DNA of 64,000 nucleotides from Bordetella sp. GTDB lineage: Bacteria; Pseudomonadota; Gammaproteobacteria; Burkholderiales; Burkholderiaceae_B. Below the pieces are notes generated by a model. The model ran no database searches. It was not told the DNA's origin and was given only the letters and a program-made list of their open reading frames with translations. Below are positions 29,442 to 39,174 of this stretch, one piece after another. The stretch covers positions 325 through 64,324 of the forward strand of contig DATJHN010000201.1 of the NCBI GenBank assembly GCA_035493915.1, given 5' to 3'. Within the stretch, counting starts at the first letter, position 1; every line of letters starts with the position of its first letter. A program made the position numbers and the translations under genes.

Positions 29442-29466
29442 GGGATCGCCGGCCTGGCGGGAGGTA

Positions 29467-31083
29467 ATGATGATGAAGAAGCGGATACTGGACCAGTCGG
29501 TAGCGAAGCAGCCGGTAGCGCGGCGCCGCGGGCCGGCGTCGACAGCAATAGCAATGGTGTTGGCGATGGTGGCGGTCTGCGCCGCACCCGCCGCGCATGC
29601 CTATAACCTGGAGGTCGGTGACGCGCAGTCCCAGCGCATAGTGGCGCCCGCGGATGTCGAACGTATCCTGCCGCGGTTCGAGGCCTATGCCCAGGACCTG
29701 CTCAAGCGCAGCGGTGTACCCGGCTTCGCGGTCGGCATCGTGGCCGACGGCAAGACGGTGCTGGCGCGCGGCTGGGGCGTGGCGGACGTGCGCGACGGCA
29801 AGCCGGTGACGGCCGATACGCTTTTCCCGCTGGCATCCGTTTCCAAGTCCCTGGCCGGTGCGTCGGTCGCGGCCCTGGTGGGTGAAGGCAAACTGGAGTG
29901 GGATGACAAGGTGTCCACCCTGGCGCGCGACATCCGCTTCCACGATCCCTACGTCACCAGCGAGATGACGCTGCGCGATCTGCTTTCGCAACGCACCGGC
30001 TATGCGCCGTTCTACGGCGAGGACCTGGACGTGATTTTCGGCTATGGACGGCAAGAGGTCTTCCACCGCCTGCGCTATCTGCCGCCGGCCACGGCGTTTC
30101 GTACGCATTACGCATATTCCAACTGGAACCTGACCTTGGGCGGCGAAGTCGCGGCGCAGGCGGTCGGCATGCACTGGGAAGACCTGGTGCGCCGCACGAT
30201 CATCGAGCCGCTGGGCATGCACCGCACGGTGGCCTCGCGCAAGGAATACCTGGCCTTGTCCGACCGCGCGGCGCCGCACCTGGTGGAAAACGGCAAGGCA
30301 CACGCGGAAACCCTGATTTCCCGCGATTCGCAGGCGCCCGCGGGCGGCCTGTCTTCCACGGTCAACGACATGCTGCGCTGGCTGGTCTTCGAAATCGATG
30401 GCGGCAAGTTTCAGGGCCGCCAGGTGGTGGCCGAAGCGGCCATGCGCGAAACGCAGACCCCGCAATCCATCGTCAGCGCCGGCTTTCCGGCGGTGCACTA
30501 TGGGCTGGGGCTGGAGGTGCGGGACGACCACGGCCGCAAGGAGCTCGCGCACAACGGCGGCTTCGAAGAAGGCATTAACACCCGCATCGCCTTTCTGCCG
30601 AACGAACGCCTGGGCATCGTGATCCTGACCAATGCGCCGCCGATGGGAATTCCGGAAGCGCTGGAATACAAGCTGCAGACGCTGCTGTTCCAGGACCGTC
30701 CAGACGTGGATACGTGGCCGACGCTGGCCGAAAAATGGCGGCAGGCCCTGCAATCGCTGCTGGACCGGCCAGGCCGCCTGCACGGACAGCCGCCCGCGGG
30801 CGCCCATCCGGTGGCGGATGCGGCGCGCTACGTGGGCCGTTATTCGCATCCGTACTACGGCGACATCGTGATAACCGCCGAAGGCTCGCAGCTGAAGATG
30901 CGAGCCGGCAACGCGCCGGAGCGCGCGCTGCAGCCATGGCAGGGCGACACCTTCCGCGTGCCCACGCTGGAAGACGACGCCGTGACCTTCCTGCCGGGCG
31001 CTGGCGGCGCGAGCCGCGCCCTGACGCTTTCACCACTGGAAGATATTCCCGACGCGCTGTTCACGCGCAGCGATAAGCCCTGA
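29467..31083 (+). CDS. Exported SxxK serine hydrolase (beta-lactamase/class C-like) with C-terminal extension (DUF3471-like)
   Basis: Signal AHA, LASVSKS, YAYSN, PAGGLSST, HNGG, YVGRYSHPYYG. Confidence 0.88.
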   Translation: MMMKKRILDQSVAKQPVARRRGPASTAIAMVLAMVAVCAAPAAHAYNLEVGDAQSQRIVAPADVERILPRFEAYAQDLLKRSGVPGFAVGIVADGKTVLARGWGVADVRDGKPVTADTLFPLASVSKSLAGASVAALVGEGKLEWDDKVSTLARDIRFHDPYVTSEMTLRDLLSQRTGYAPFYGEDLDVIFGYGRQEVFHRLRYLPPATAFRTHYAYSNWNLTLGGEVAAQAVGMHWEDLVRRTIIEPLGMHRTVASRKEYLALSDRAAPHLVENGKAHAETLISRDSQAPAGGLSSTVNDMLRWLVFEIDGGKFQGRQVVAEAAMRETQTPQSIVSAGFPAVHYGLGLEVRDDHGRKELAHNGGFEEGINTRIAFLPNERLGIVILTNAPPMGIPEALEYKLQTLLFQDRPDVDTWPTLAEKWRQALQSLLDRPGRLHGQPPAGAHPVADAARYVGRYSHPYYGDIVITAEGSQLKMRAGNAPERALQPWQGDTFRVPTLEDDAVTFLPGAGGASRALTLSPLEDIPDALFTRSDKP

Positions 31084-31170
31084 TCGACCCATGGTGCGGG
31101 CCACGGCCCCGCATCGCCCCGCTACCCGCCGGATCGCAGACCGGCACATGACCCTTACGGAGGTACCACG

Positions 31171-32313
31171 ATGTCCGTCCGACCGACCCCGCGCAAGCTC
31201 CTGGCCGCGCTGGCGCTTGTTGCGCTGCCCCTGGCCGCGCATGCCGAAGACCTGGCGCTGAACGAAGCGGCCAACTTCGCGGCCGCTTCGATGTGGCTGA
31301 ACGCGGGCCGTCCCGCCATGGTTATCGCCGTGGTGCGCGGCAACGACGTATATGTGGAAGGCCTGGGCGAAACCCAGCCTGGCAGCGGCATCGAGCCCAA
31401 TGGTCAATCCATCGTCCGTATCGGATCGTTGTCCAAGGTCCTGGCCGGCGACGTAATGGCTGCCATGGTGGCGGACAAGAAGATATCCCTGACCGAGCCG
31501 CTATCCAAGTTCGCACCGTCCGGCGTCACGATCCCCAGCGTCTTTGGCCGCGGCATCAACCTGCTGGATCTGGCCACCCATTCCGCCTCGCTGCCGCGCG
31601 AAGCGCCGGAACACGAAGCCAAACCCGGCACGAATCCCTTCGACGTGTACACGGCCAAGGGTTACTGGAACTGGTTCAAGGATCACAAGCTGGAGTACAA
31701 GCCCGGCACCGTGGCCATGTATTCGAACTTCGGCTTCGGCCTGCTGGGCGAGGCCCTGGCACGCGCCGGCGGCGCACCGTATTCCGAACTGCTGAAACGC
31801 TATACGACCGGTCCGCTCGGCATGAAGGACACCGTCGGCCGCCTGACGCCGGAACAGCAGAAACGGATGCTGGGCGGTATCGATTTCGATGGCAAGCCGG
31901 CGCATCCCTGGGAAACGTCGGAGATACTGGACGCCAGCGGCGGCCTGCATTCGACGGCCGACGATATGGTGCGCTGGATGAAGTGGCATCTGGCCGACGA
32001 CGCGGCGGGCGAGGAAGCGCGCACGCTGGCCCATGCCTTGTACCGGCCCAACGACGGCCTGAAGAGCGCGGTCGGCATTGAAGCGGATAGCGGCGATGGC
32101 ATGGGACTGGGCTGGGTCGTGTCCATGCCGCATGGCAATACACCGCTGGTGCTGGGCAAGAGCGGCGGCCTGGTCGGTTTCATGAGCTATGTGGCACTAT
32201 CCCCGCAGCGCCACATCGGCGTATTCGTCTCGGTCGGCAAGATCGATTTCGCCATGTTCGAGGGAATCCATCACGGGGTGGTGGATCTGATAACCAGCCT
32301 TAGCCCGCGCTAG
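31171..32313 (+). CDS. ampH: AmpH-like D-Ala-D-Ala carboxypeptidase/endopeptidase
   Basis: Signal AHA, RIGSLSK, ATHSASLPRE, YSNFG, KSGG. Confidence 0.78.
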   Translation: MSVRPTPRKLLAALALVALPLAAHAEDLALNEAANFAAASMWLNAGRPAMVIAVVRGNDVYVEGLGETQPGSGIEPNGQSIVRIGSLSKVLAGDVMAAMVADKKISLTEPLSKFAPSGVTIPSVFGRGINLLDLATHSASLPREAPEHEAKPGTNPFDVYTAKGYWNWFKDHKLEYKPGTVAMYSNFGFGLLGEALARAGGAPYSELLKRYTTGPLGMKDTVGRLTPEQQKRMLGGIDFDGKPAHPWETSEILDASGGLHSTADDMVRWMKWHLADDAAGEEARTLAHALYRPNDGLKSAVGIEADSGDGMGLGWVVSMPHGNTPLVLGKSGGLVGFMSYVALSPQRHIGVFVSVGKIDFAMFEGIHHGVVDLITSLSPR

Positions 32314-32318
32314 ATCAG

Positions 32319-32351
32319 GGCAATTGTCCAACGGCTTGTTGGACAATTGCC
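32319..32351. terminator. Perfect 14-bp hairpin between convergent genes
   Basis: GGCAATTGTCCAAC-GGCTT-GTTGGACAATTGCC. Confidence 0.7.
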
Positions 32352-32390
32352 GCATCCGATCAGACGTCGGCAATGGCGCGCATGCACAGT

Positions 32391-33086
32391 CTAAGCTCGC
32401 CCGCAACCCAGGTTCGCGGGCACCGCGATATCCATTAGCTTGGGCGGCGGCAGGTTCAAGCCGTTCATGATGGCCACGTATTCGGCTTCCGATTTGCCGG
32501 CCAGCCGCGGGTTGAAGCGCTTTTCCTCGCCGATGCTGGACGCGGTGCAGCCGCGGTAATCGTGGGCCGGATACACGATGGTGTCCTCCGGCAGGCGGAA
32601 CAGTTTGTTGACGATGGAGTCCCAGGACCGATGCGGGTCGCCGCCTTGGAAGTCGGTGCGCCCCGTGCCGCGTATGAGCAGCACGTCGCCCGTGAAGACA
32701 GCCAGCGGCCGCTCGGGATGCAGCACGAAGCTGAACGATTCGTCGGTGTGGCCAGGCGTATAGATCGCCTGCAGCGCGACATCGCCGACTCGCAGTATTT
32801 CGCCTTCGGCGATGCGGCGCGACACGCACTCCGCCTTGGTGTGCTCGCCCATCACGGTCACGCAGCCCGTCGCATCGCGCAGGTCGCCCAGCGCCGTGAT
32901 GTGGTCGGCATGGGTGTGGGTGTCCACGGCATGCAGCAGGCGCGTATCCAGCTGGCGCAGCAGCGTGGCGTAGGCTTCGCAGTGTTCCTTGACCGGATCG
33001 ATGATCAGCGCCTCGCCGCCGGGATCCGACGCGATCAGATAGGTATATGTCGACGACGCGGCATCGAAAAACTGGCGCAGGATCAT
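32391..33086 (-). CDS. MBL-fold persulfide dioxygenase (ETHE1-like)
   Basis: RQFFD..SSTYTY, THTHADH, TPGHT, FTGD, GRTDFQGG, PAHDY, NPRL, ANLGCG. Confidence 0.88.
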   Translation of the reverse strand: MILRQFFDAASSTYTYLIASDPGGEALIIDPVKEHCEAYATLLRQLDTRLLHAVDTHTHADHITALGDLRDATGCVTVMGEHTKAECVSRRIAEGEILRVGDVALQAIYTPGHTDESFSFVLHPERPLAVFTGDVLLIRGTGRTDFQGGDPHRSWDSIVNKLFRLPEDTIVYPAHDYRGCTASSIGEEKRFNPRLAGKSEAEYVAIMNGLNLPPPKLMDIAVPANLGCGRA

Positions 33087-33168
33087 GGTCGTCCCCGTAA
33101 TTCCACAAGGTAATAAGCATATCTCCTTGGGTAATATGAGGCAATCGTCCGCCTGGCGCCATCCAGGC

Positions 33169-34140
33169 TTATTCCGCCTGAATGCCGGCCTTCGCCACGA
33201 TATCCCGGTAGACGGACGTACTGTTCCGCAGCATCGCGCTGAAATCGCCGGAGGATCCGCCACTGACCTCGAAACCCGCGGTGTCGAGCTGGCTGCGAAC
33301 GGCGGGTGTGGCGATCGCCTGCTGCACAATGTCATGTAGTTTTTGCACCAGTTGCGGCGGCATGTGCGCGGGGCCCAATAGGCCTACCCAGGTCCTGGGC
33401 AAGGCGAATCCCGGCACGCCGGCTTCGGCCAGGGTGGGCGTATCCGGCGCCGCCGTGGCACGCTGGCCTTCCAGCACGCCCAACAGGCGCAGCTTGCCGG
33501 TCTTTACGAAGGGCAGGACATTGGACAGCACCAGTATCCCCACCGGCACCTGGCCGCCCACCACGTCGTTGAGCGCCGGCGCACCGCCTTTGTATGGAAC
33601 GTGCATCAGATCCATGCCCGTCATGGCATTCAACAGCTGTCCGCCCAGATGCTGCGACGAACCGATGCCGGACGTAGCGTAGGCAACCTTGCCGGGATGC
33701 GCCTTGACGTAGGCGATCAACTCCTTGATGTTCCTGACCGGCAGCGACGCATTGACCACCAGCGCCTGCGGCGCCGTGCCGATCACCGCGATGGCCGTGA
33801 AGTCCTTCACGGGATCGAACGGCATGTTGCGCGTGAAGAAGGGCAACGTGGTGTGAGGCGGCCCGACCTGCATCAGCAGCGTATAGCCGTCGGGCTGGGC
33901 GCGCGCCACGATGTCGGAACCGATGATGCTGTTGCCGCCGGCGCGATTGTCGACCACCACGCTCTGCTTCATTTCGATGCCCATGCGCTGCGCGATGGAG
34001 CGCCCGACCGTATCGGCGGCACCGCCGACCGCGAAAGGAACGATCATGCGGACCGCGTGGTCCGGATAGGCCGGCTGTGAGGCGGCCAGGGTAGGCGTCG
34101 CGCACAGCATGGCCAGGCTCATGCCGATCAGGAATTTCAC
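33169..34140 (-). CDS. Bug/TctC substrate-binding protein
   Basis: YPDHAVRMIVPFAVGGAAD, VPYKGG, PTLAEAG; GTG start after GGAG. Confidence 0.93.
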   Translation of the reverse strand: MKFLIGMSLAMLCATPTLAASQPAYPDHAVRMIVPFAVGGAADTVGRSIAQRMGIEMKQSVVVDNRAGGNSIIGSDIVARAQPDGYTLLMQVGPPHTTLPFFTRNMPFDPVKDFTAIAVIGTAPQALVVNASLPVRNIKELIAYVKAHPGKVAYATSGIGSSQHLGGQLLNAMTGMDLMHVPYKGGAPALNDVVGGQVPVGILVLSNVLPFVKTGKLRLLGVLEGQRATAAPDTPTLAEAGVPGFALPRTWVGLLGPAHMPPQLVQKLHDIVQQAIATPAVRSQLDTAGFEVSGGSSGDFSAMLRNSTSVYRDIVAKAGIQAE

Positions 34141-34260
34141 GTTGTCTCCTCGGGCCTGTTCCGGCCCTGTACTTGACTGCCCGTTCCGCACCGCGATGTC
34201 CTGGGCGGCGGTAGCCGCGCCGGACCATTTCCTTGTGTTATCGCGGCACGCCGGTCATTT

Positions 34261-35115
34261 CTACAAACCGAAGCGCTCTACGTAACTGACTTCGCGGATG
34301 TTATGGCTGTTTACCCAGTGCGCCAGCTCGTCGTGGCGCGGAAACCAGACGTCGGGGAAAGAGCGCAGGTAGGTCAGTATCTGGTCCAGCATCGCGCTGA
34401 TCAGCGGCCGCCCGCCGAAATGGCCATGCATCGTGATGTTGATGAAGCCGTTGGGCTCCTTGCGGTGCAGGTAGTCGAAGGTATCGCGGTAGCACTGCAG
34501 GAAATCGCGCGGCGACGCACGCAGCACCCGGTTGTCCGCGTAATCGCTGTGGGGGATGGCGACCAGGCTGCCGGCAGGCGTGTCCAGCTTGCAGGGCTGG
34601 TCCAGATAGTTGTAATCGCCATGCCAAAGCATGCCGGCTTCCGCGAGCAGCGACGACGTCCGTTCGGTGACCGCGATCGTGGAGCTCAGCCAACCGCATG
34701 GGCGCACTCCGGAAACGCGTTCCAGGATATCCAGGCTGCCCCAGATCACCTCGCGCTCCTGCTTTTCGTCCAGGCCGGGCAATACCTGGTCCTGCGCGTA
34801 GTTATGGCCTGCCAGCTCGAAGCCGGATTTGACGATCTGTTTGACCACGGCGGGAAATAGCTCCGCCACCCGCGCATTGACGCAGAACGTGGCCGGCAGG
34901 CCATGATCGCGCGCCAGCCGCATCAGGCGATAGGCGCCGGCGCGAGCCCCATATTCCGACCATTGGATGCCCGTCAGGTCCACGGCGCCGGGGCGGGGAG
35001 GACTGGTCATGGGAGAGTAGGGGGGCGCCTTGCCCTCGGACCAGCTCTCCACAAGGAACGTCAAAACCACGGCGGTACGGGCGCCGTTGGGCCAAAGGGT
35101 AGTCGTGGCGGTCAT
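34261..35115 (-). CDS. Polysaccharide deacetylase-family (CE4) hydrolase
   Basis: WPNGARTAV, YGARAG, ELAGHNY, GWLS, TMHGHFGGR. Confidence 0.82.
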   Translation of the reverse strand: MTATTTLWPNGARTAVVLTFLVESWSEGKAPPYSPMTSPPRPGAVDLTGIQWSEYGARAGAYRLMRLARDHGLPATFCVNARVAELFPAVVKQIVKSGFELAGHNYAQDQVLPGLDEKQEREVIWGSLDILERVSGVRPCGWLSSTIAVTERTSSLLAEAGMLWHGDYNYLDQPCKLDTPAGSLVAIPHSDYADNRVLRASPRDFLQCYRDTFDYLHRKEPNGFINITMHGHFGGRPLISAMLDQILTYLRSFPDVWFPRHDELAHWVNSHNIREVSYVERFGL

Positions 35116-35255
35116 CGTGCATCCATCTATGTTGGGTAAGGACACGGCCCAGGCAAGGGGCCGCGGCGCTTGCACTATGCGGCCGGCACCGGACGAACAC
35201 AATTTGAATTTTCGAAATTAAAATTGAGGTTTTCTAAACACGCAGTTCGCCCACC

Positions 35256-36167
35256 ATGTCCGCGCCGTTCAAGATCCAGCAGTTGCGCCAATTCGCTATC
35301 GCGGCGCGCAACCAGAGTTTCCGCGTGGCCGCGCTGGAGACGCATCGTTCGCAGGCCGCCATCACGCTGGCCATGCGTGCCCTGCAGGAAGACGTCGGGG
35401 CGCAGTTGTTCGAGGATGGCCACCAGGCACGTCTGACGCCGCTGGGCGAGTCATTGCTGCCGCTGTTCACTGAATTGATCAACGTGCATGACCGCATACA
35501 GGGCGATATCCGGCAGATCGTCCGCGGCGAACGCGGTGCCGTCACGCTGTCCCTGATGCCCTCGCTGGCCGAGGAATGGCTGCCGGATGTTCTGCGGCGG
35601 TTCCGCCTGGACCGCCCGGGGGTAAAGGTCCATGCGGCCGACGTATCGTCGCCGCGGGTCGCCGAAATGGTGGAAAGCGGTCTGGCGGAGCTGGGCGTGG
35701 CCGGGTTGATCGCACCGAATCCCTTGCTGCGCCACACGCCGGTGGTGCGCGATACTTTCGGCGTGGTATGCCGGCCCGATCACCGCATTGCCGCTTCCGG
35801 CCGTTCGATACCCTGGAAAGCGCTGCGTGGCGAAACGCTTATCGGCAACACGACTTTCCACGCGCTGCAGGGCCATGACGTGGGCGCGTGGGTGGATGCG
35901 CCGGATATCGTCCTGCACAATCGCGGGTCTCTGATGGCGGCGGTGCAGGCGGGACTGGGCATTACGGTATTGCCGACGCTGGCGCGGCCGCCGGCCCAGT
36001 ACAAGCTTGCCTTCGTGCCGCTAATCTCGCCGCGCGTGAACCGCATCGTCGGTACGTTGTGCCGCACCGAACAATCCCTGCTGCCGGCGGCGCAGCATAT
36101 GCATGAACTGATGCTGAAGAGCCTGGCTGCGTTCGCGCGGGCACGCGGGGCATCCGTCCTGCTGTAG
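35256..36167 (+). CDS. LysR-family regulator, divergent from the deacetylase
   Basis: QQLRQFAIAARNQSFRVAA..SQAAIT; AT-rich operator region at about 35200-35240. Confidence 0.92.
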   Translation: MSAPFKIQQLRQFAIAARNQSFRVAALETHRSQAAITLAMRALQEDVGAQLFEDGHQARLTPLGESLLPLFTELINVHDRIQGDIRQIVRGERGAVTLSLMPSLAEEWLPDVLRRFRLDRPGVKVHAADVSSPRVAEMVESGLAELGVAGLIAPNPLLRHTPVVRDTFGVVCRPDHRIAASGRSIPWKALRGETLIGNTTFHALQGHDVGAWVDAPDIVLHNRGSLMAAVQAGLGITVLPTLARPPAQYKLAFVPLISPRVNRIVGTLCRTEQSLLPAAQHMHELMLKSLAAFARARGASVLL

Positions 36168-36171
36168 CGCC

Positions 36172-36205
36172 GCGGCGGACCCGAACCTAACCCCGGGTCC
36201 GCCGC
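36172..36205. terminator. Hairpin between convergent genes
   Basis: GCGGCGGACCCG-N10-CGGGTCCGCCGC 12-bp stem. Confidence 0.65.
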
Positions 36206-36222
36206 ACCCGCCGGATCACAGA

Positions 36223-37128
36223 TCACAACACGGAGTCGCGGGTACGCCCGCCACGCGTGGCTGCATAGCTGGCCGAGAACGCACCGATCAGCATCGAGAT
36301 GAAGGCCCACAGGGCGAACCCGACAGCCGCCTTGCGCGCCTGGTCGGCGGCCTCGCGCGCCTTCTGCTTGGCCTCGTCCGCCGCCTGCTTGGCGCGATTG
36401 ATCGTATCGTCGATGCGCTTTTCCGCGGTCGCCTGGTCGACACCTGCCTGTGTCGAAATGACCTTGGCAACGTAGGCTTTGTCCTCGTTCGTGATGGAAC
36501 CCCGGCTCAGGCTGACCGCGAGGATGCGGCCGACTTCAGCCTTGGCGGCGTCCCCTTGCGCCGCGTCGGGACGATCCGAGCGGAACAGGGAGTCGACGAA
36601 GTACTGGGCCGAGGGTCCTTGCGTGGCAGCCGCTCCGCCGCCAGCCGCGGCTGCTGCGGATACCGCTGCACCCGCGCCGGAAACCGCGCTCGCGCCTATC
36701 CTGGCCGCGCCGCTCACGGCTGACGACACGCCGGAGCCCAGCAGGAAAGCGCTGACCACGGCAGCCACCGCCCAGACCAGGAATCCATGCGCGGTGTCGC
36801 GGAAATAGACCTCGCCCGAATGGACATCCACCCATTTGGTACGCATCCGGCCGGCGATATAGCCGCCCAGCCCGGCGGAAATGATCTGGATGATGACCAG
36901 CCAGATTATGACGCCTATTCCCAATGTCCTGGCCGAAGCGCCTTCGTCGCCCCATGGGGACATGGAAGCGAAGCCGAAACCGGCCCCGGCGAGCAACAGC
37001 ATCAGATAGGTCGCCGCCGCGACAAACGCACCTGCCAGCACTGCGCCCCAGGAAACAGCCGAGCCGAAGGACTCGCGCTTGCCCAGGGAGGCGGGAGACC
37101 CGCCGGTATGCAAAGTGGTGCTTTCCAT
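36223..37128 (-). CDS. Hypothetical membrane protein (3 TM + Ala-rich/coiled coil + C-terminal TM)
   Basis: SAVSWGAVLAGA, EVYFRDTAHG; ATG after GAGG RBS. Confidence 0.8.
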   Translation of the reverse strand: MESTTLHTGGSPASLGKRESFGSAVSWGAVLAGAFVAAATYLMLLLAGAGFGFASMSPWGDEGASARTLGIGVIIWLVIIQIISAGLGGYIAGRMRTKWVDVHSGEVYFRDTAHGFLVWAVAAVVSAFLLGSGVSSAVSGAARIGASAVSGAGAAVSAAAAAGGGAAATQGPSAQYFVDSLFRSDRPDAAQGDAAKAEVGRILAVSLSRGSITNEDKAYVAKVISTQAGVDQATAEKRIDDTINRAKQAADEAKQKAREAADQARKAAVGFALWAFISMLIGAFSASYAATRGGRTRDSVL

Positions 37129-37265
37129 GGATGACCTCGTTCTATAACGATGATGAAGCGTCGCTAGAAGCAAGTGCCATACCCAGAAGTTGCCGGCCAT
37201 ACCGTGGCCAGCCGCGGGTCGAGGGTCGCGCGGCCAGCGCCATCTCAAGGCCGGCGGCGGTCAGT

Positions 37266-38282
37266 TCAGTCCACCTGCGCGCCGGACTGCTTGACCAGGC
37301 CGGACCATTTGGCGAGTTCGTCGCGAGCGAAGGCATCCAGGCCCGACGCCGGCAGCGTGCTCTTCTCCACGCCCTGGCCCTGCAGCTTGGCCATCACATT
37401 GGCATCGGTCAGCGCGCCCTGGGCGGCATCGCGCAGCTTCTGCAAGACGGGGGGCGGCGTCGCGGAGGGCGTGTACAGCATGAACCACGCCACAAGATCG
37501 AAATCGCTGTGGGTCTGTTCGGCGATGGTGGGTACATCCGGCGCCGATGCGCTGCGTTGCGCGCCGGATGCGCCCAGCGCGCGCAGCTTGCCGGACTTGA
37601 TGTGCGGCAGCACCGCGATGGGATGGTAGAACATGAACTGCACCTGTCCCGACATGACGTCGGTCAGGGCCTGGCTGCCTTCCTTGTAAGGAACGTGAAC
37701 CATCGTGCCGCCCAGCCGCGCTTTCAACAGTTCGCCCGCCAGATGTCCCGAGGTGCCCGTGCCCGCCGATGCGAAGCTGATGCCGGCGGGCTTGGCCGCC
37801 GCGGCGGCCAGATCCGCCAAAGACTGGTAGGGCGATGATGCGCTTACGACCAGCAGCGTGGGCGTGGAGCCGACCATGGCGATCGGCGCGAAATCGCGGA
37901 TCGGGTCGTAGCCCAGGCGATGGAACAACGCCTTGTTGATGGCATGCGTGCCTACCGTGCCCATGACCAGCGTATAGCCATCGGGCGCCGAACGCGCGAC
38001 ATATTCCGTTCCGATCGAACCGCCCGCGCCAGACCGGTTTTCAATGATGATCGGTTGGCCCAGCGACTTGGCCATGGCATCGCCCACGATGCGCGCGACG
38101 GTATCGGTAGTGGTGCCGGCGCCGAAGGGAACGATCATTTTGATCGGATGATCCGGGTAGTCCGCGGCCCGCGCCTGTGGTGGCAGCAAGGCCAGTACGC
38201 CGGCGGCCATCGCCAACACGGCCAATCCGCGCCGGGTCCGGTTCACGACGGCGCCGCGCGATACGGCATGGATTTCGTTCAT
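37266..38282 (-). CDS. Bug/TctC substrate-binding protein
   Basis: YPDHPIKMIVPFGAGTTTD, ENRSGAGG, VPYK, PTIAE. Confidence 0.93.
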   Translation of the reverse strand: MNEIHAVSRGAVVNRTRRGLAVLAMAAGVLALLPPQARAADYPDHPIKMIVPFGAGTTTDTVARIVGDAMAKSLGQPIIIENRSGAGGSIGTEYVARSAPDGYTLVMGTVGTHAINKALFHRLGYDPIRDFAPIAMVGSTPTLLVVSASSPYQSLADLAAAAAKPAGISFASAGTGTSGHLAGELLKARLGGTMVHVPYKEGSQALTDVMSGQVQFMFYHPIAVLPHIKSGKLRALGASGAQRSASAPDVPTIAEQTHSDFDLVAWFMLYTPSATPPPVLQKLRDAAQGALTDANVMAKLQGQGVEKSTLPASGLDAFARDELAKWSGLVKQSGAQVD

Positions 38283-38361
38283 TGTGCTTGTCTCCGTTGT
38301 TATGAATGTGTGCCCTGGGGAAGGGCTGTATGGGACGCAGGGGCCGTATGGGAGCAGGGCT

Positions 38362-39174
38362 TCAGGACTTCGGCTCGCCGAATCCGGCCGGAACAACACC
38401 GTCGTACTGCAATTCCCGCGTGGCCTGGTACGACAGCGCGAAACCCGCGGCTTGCTGGAATTCTTCGGTCAGGTGCGCGATCAGGCCGGCGGTGCGCGCC
38501 AGCAGCGGTACGCCGCGCAGCGCCTGCAATGGAAAGCCCGCTCCCAGCAGCACCGCGGGGATGGCGGCCGATACGTTCAGTTTGAGCGACTTGCCGATGA
38601 CCGCGGGAATCTGGCGCTCGACGGCCTCCGCGATATCGACGTAGGCCAGGCTGGAACCGCATGCGCGCGCCACTTCGAACAAGCGCGCGACGCGCGGGTC
38701 CCGCTCCTTGTGCAGCGGATGGCCGTAGCCCGGAATGGCCATGCCCTGCGCCGCATAGCGCCGCAGCACCGCGAGCGCCGCGGAATCAATGTCCATGCCC
38801 TGCGCCGTCGCCGCATCGTGGATCTGCGCGAACAGTCTTCCGGCGGTTTCGGAAGCGCCCAGGATGACCGAGCCGCAACCCAGCAAGCCAGCGGCCACCG
38901 CGCCTTGCAATGCATCGGGCGCGGCCGCCAGCGTCATGCGGGCCGCCTGCACACTGGGCACGAAACCGTGTTCCGCGATGGCGACCAGGGTTGCGTCCAG
39001 GACGGCCGTGGCGGCGGCGTCGGGCCGCCGTCCGGTGACCAGCAGGTGGAAGTAGTCCGTGAATGAGATCCGGCCGATCAGGTCCTTGCACAGGTCGGCG
39101 CCGCGCACCACGATGGTGTGCTCGTCCGACGTGCAGATAGCGGTGCGGGGAATAGTCGCCTTGCCGATTTTCAT
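38362..39174 (-). CDS. Citryl-CoA lyase-like protein (citrate synthase superfamily)
   Basis: VRGADLCKDLIG, AEHGFVPS, IPGYGHPLH..DPR, LNV, ARTAGLIAH. Confidence 0.85.
   Translation of the reverse strand: MKIGKATIPRTAICTSDEHTIVVRGADLCKDLIGRISFTDYFHLLVTGRRPDAAATAVLDATLVAIAEHGFVPSVQAARMTLAAAPDALQGAVAAGLLGCGSVILGASETAGRLFAQIHDAATAQGMDIDSAALAVLRRYAAQGMAIPGYGHPLHKERDPRVARLFEVARACGSSLAYVDIAEAVERQIPAVIGKSLKLNVSAAIPAVLLGAGFPLQALRGVPLLARTAGLIAHLTEEFQQAAGFALSYQATRELQYDGVVPAGFGEPKS

Noticed and set aside
29467-32313. Acquired beta-lactamase resistance genes
   Set aside because: Motifs fit generic SxxK hydrolase and AmpH families; no mobile context; activity cannot be inferred
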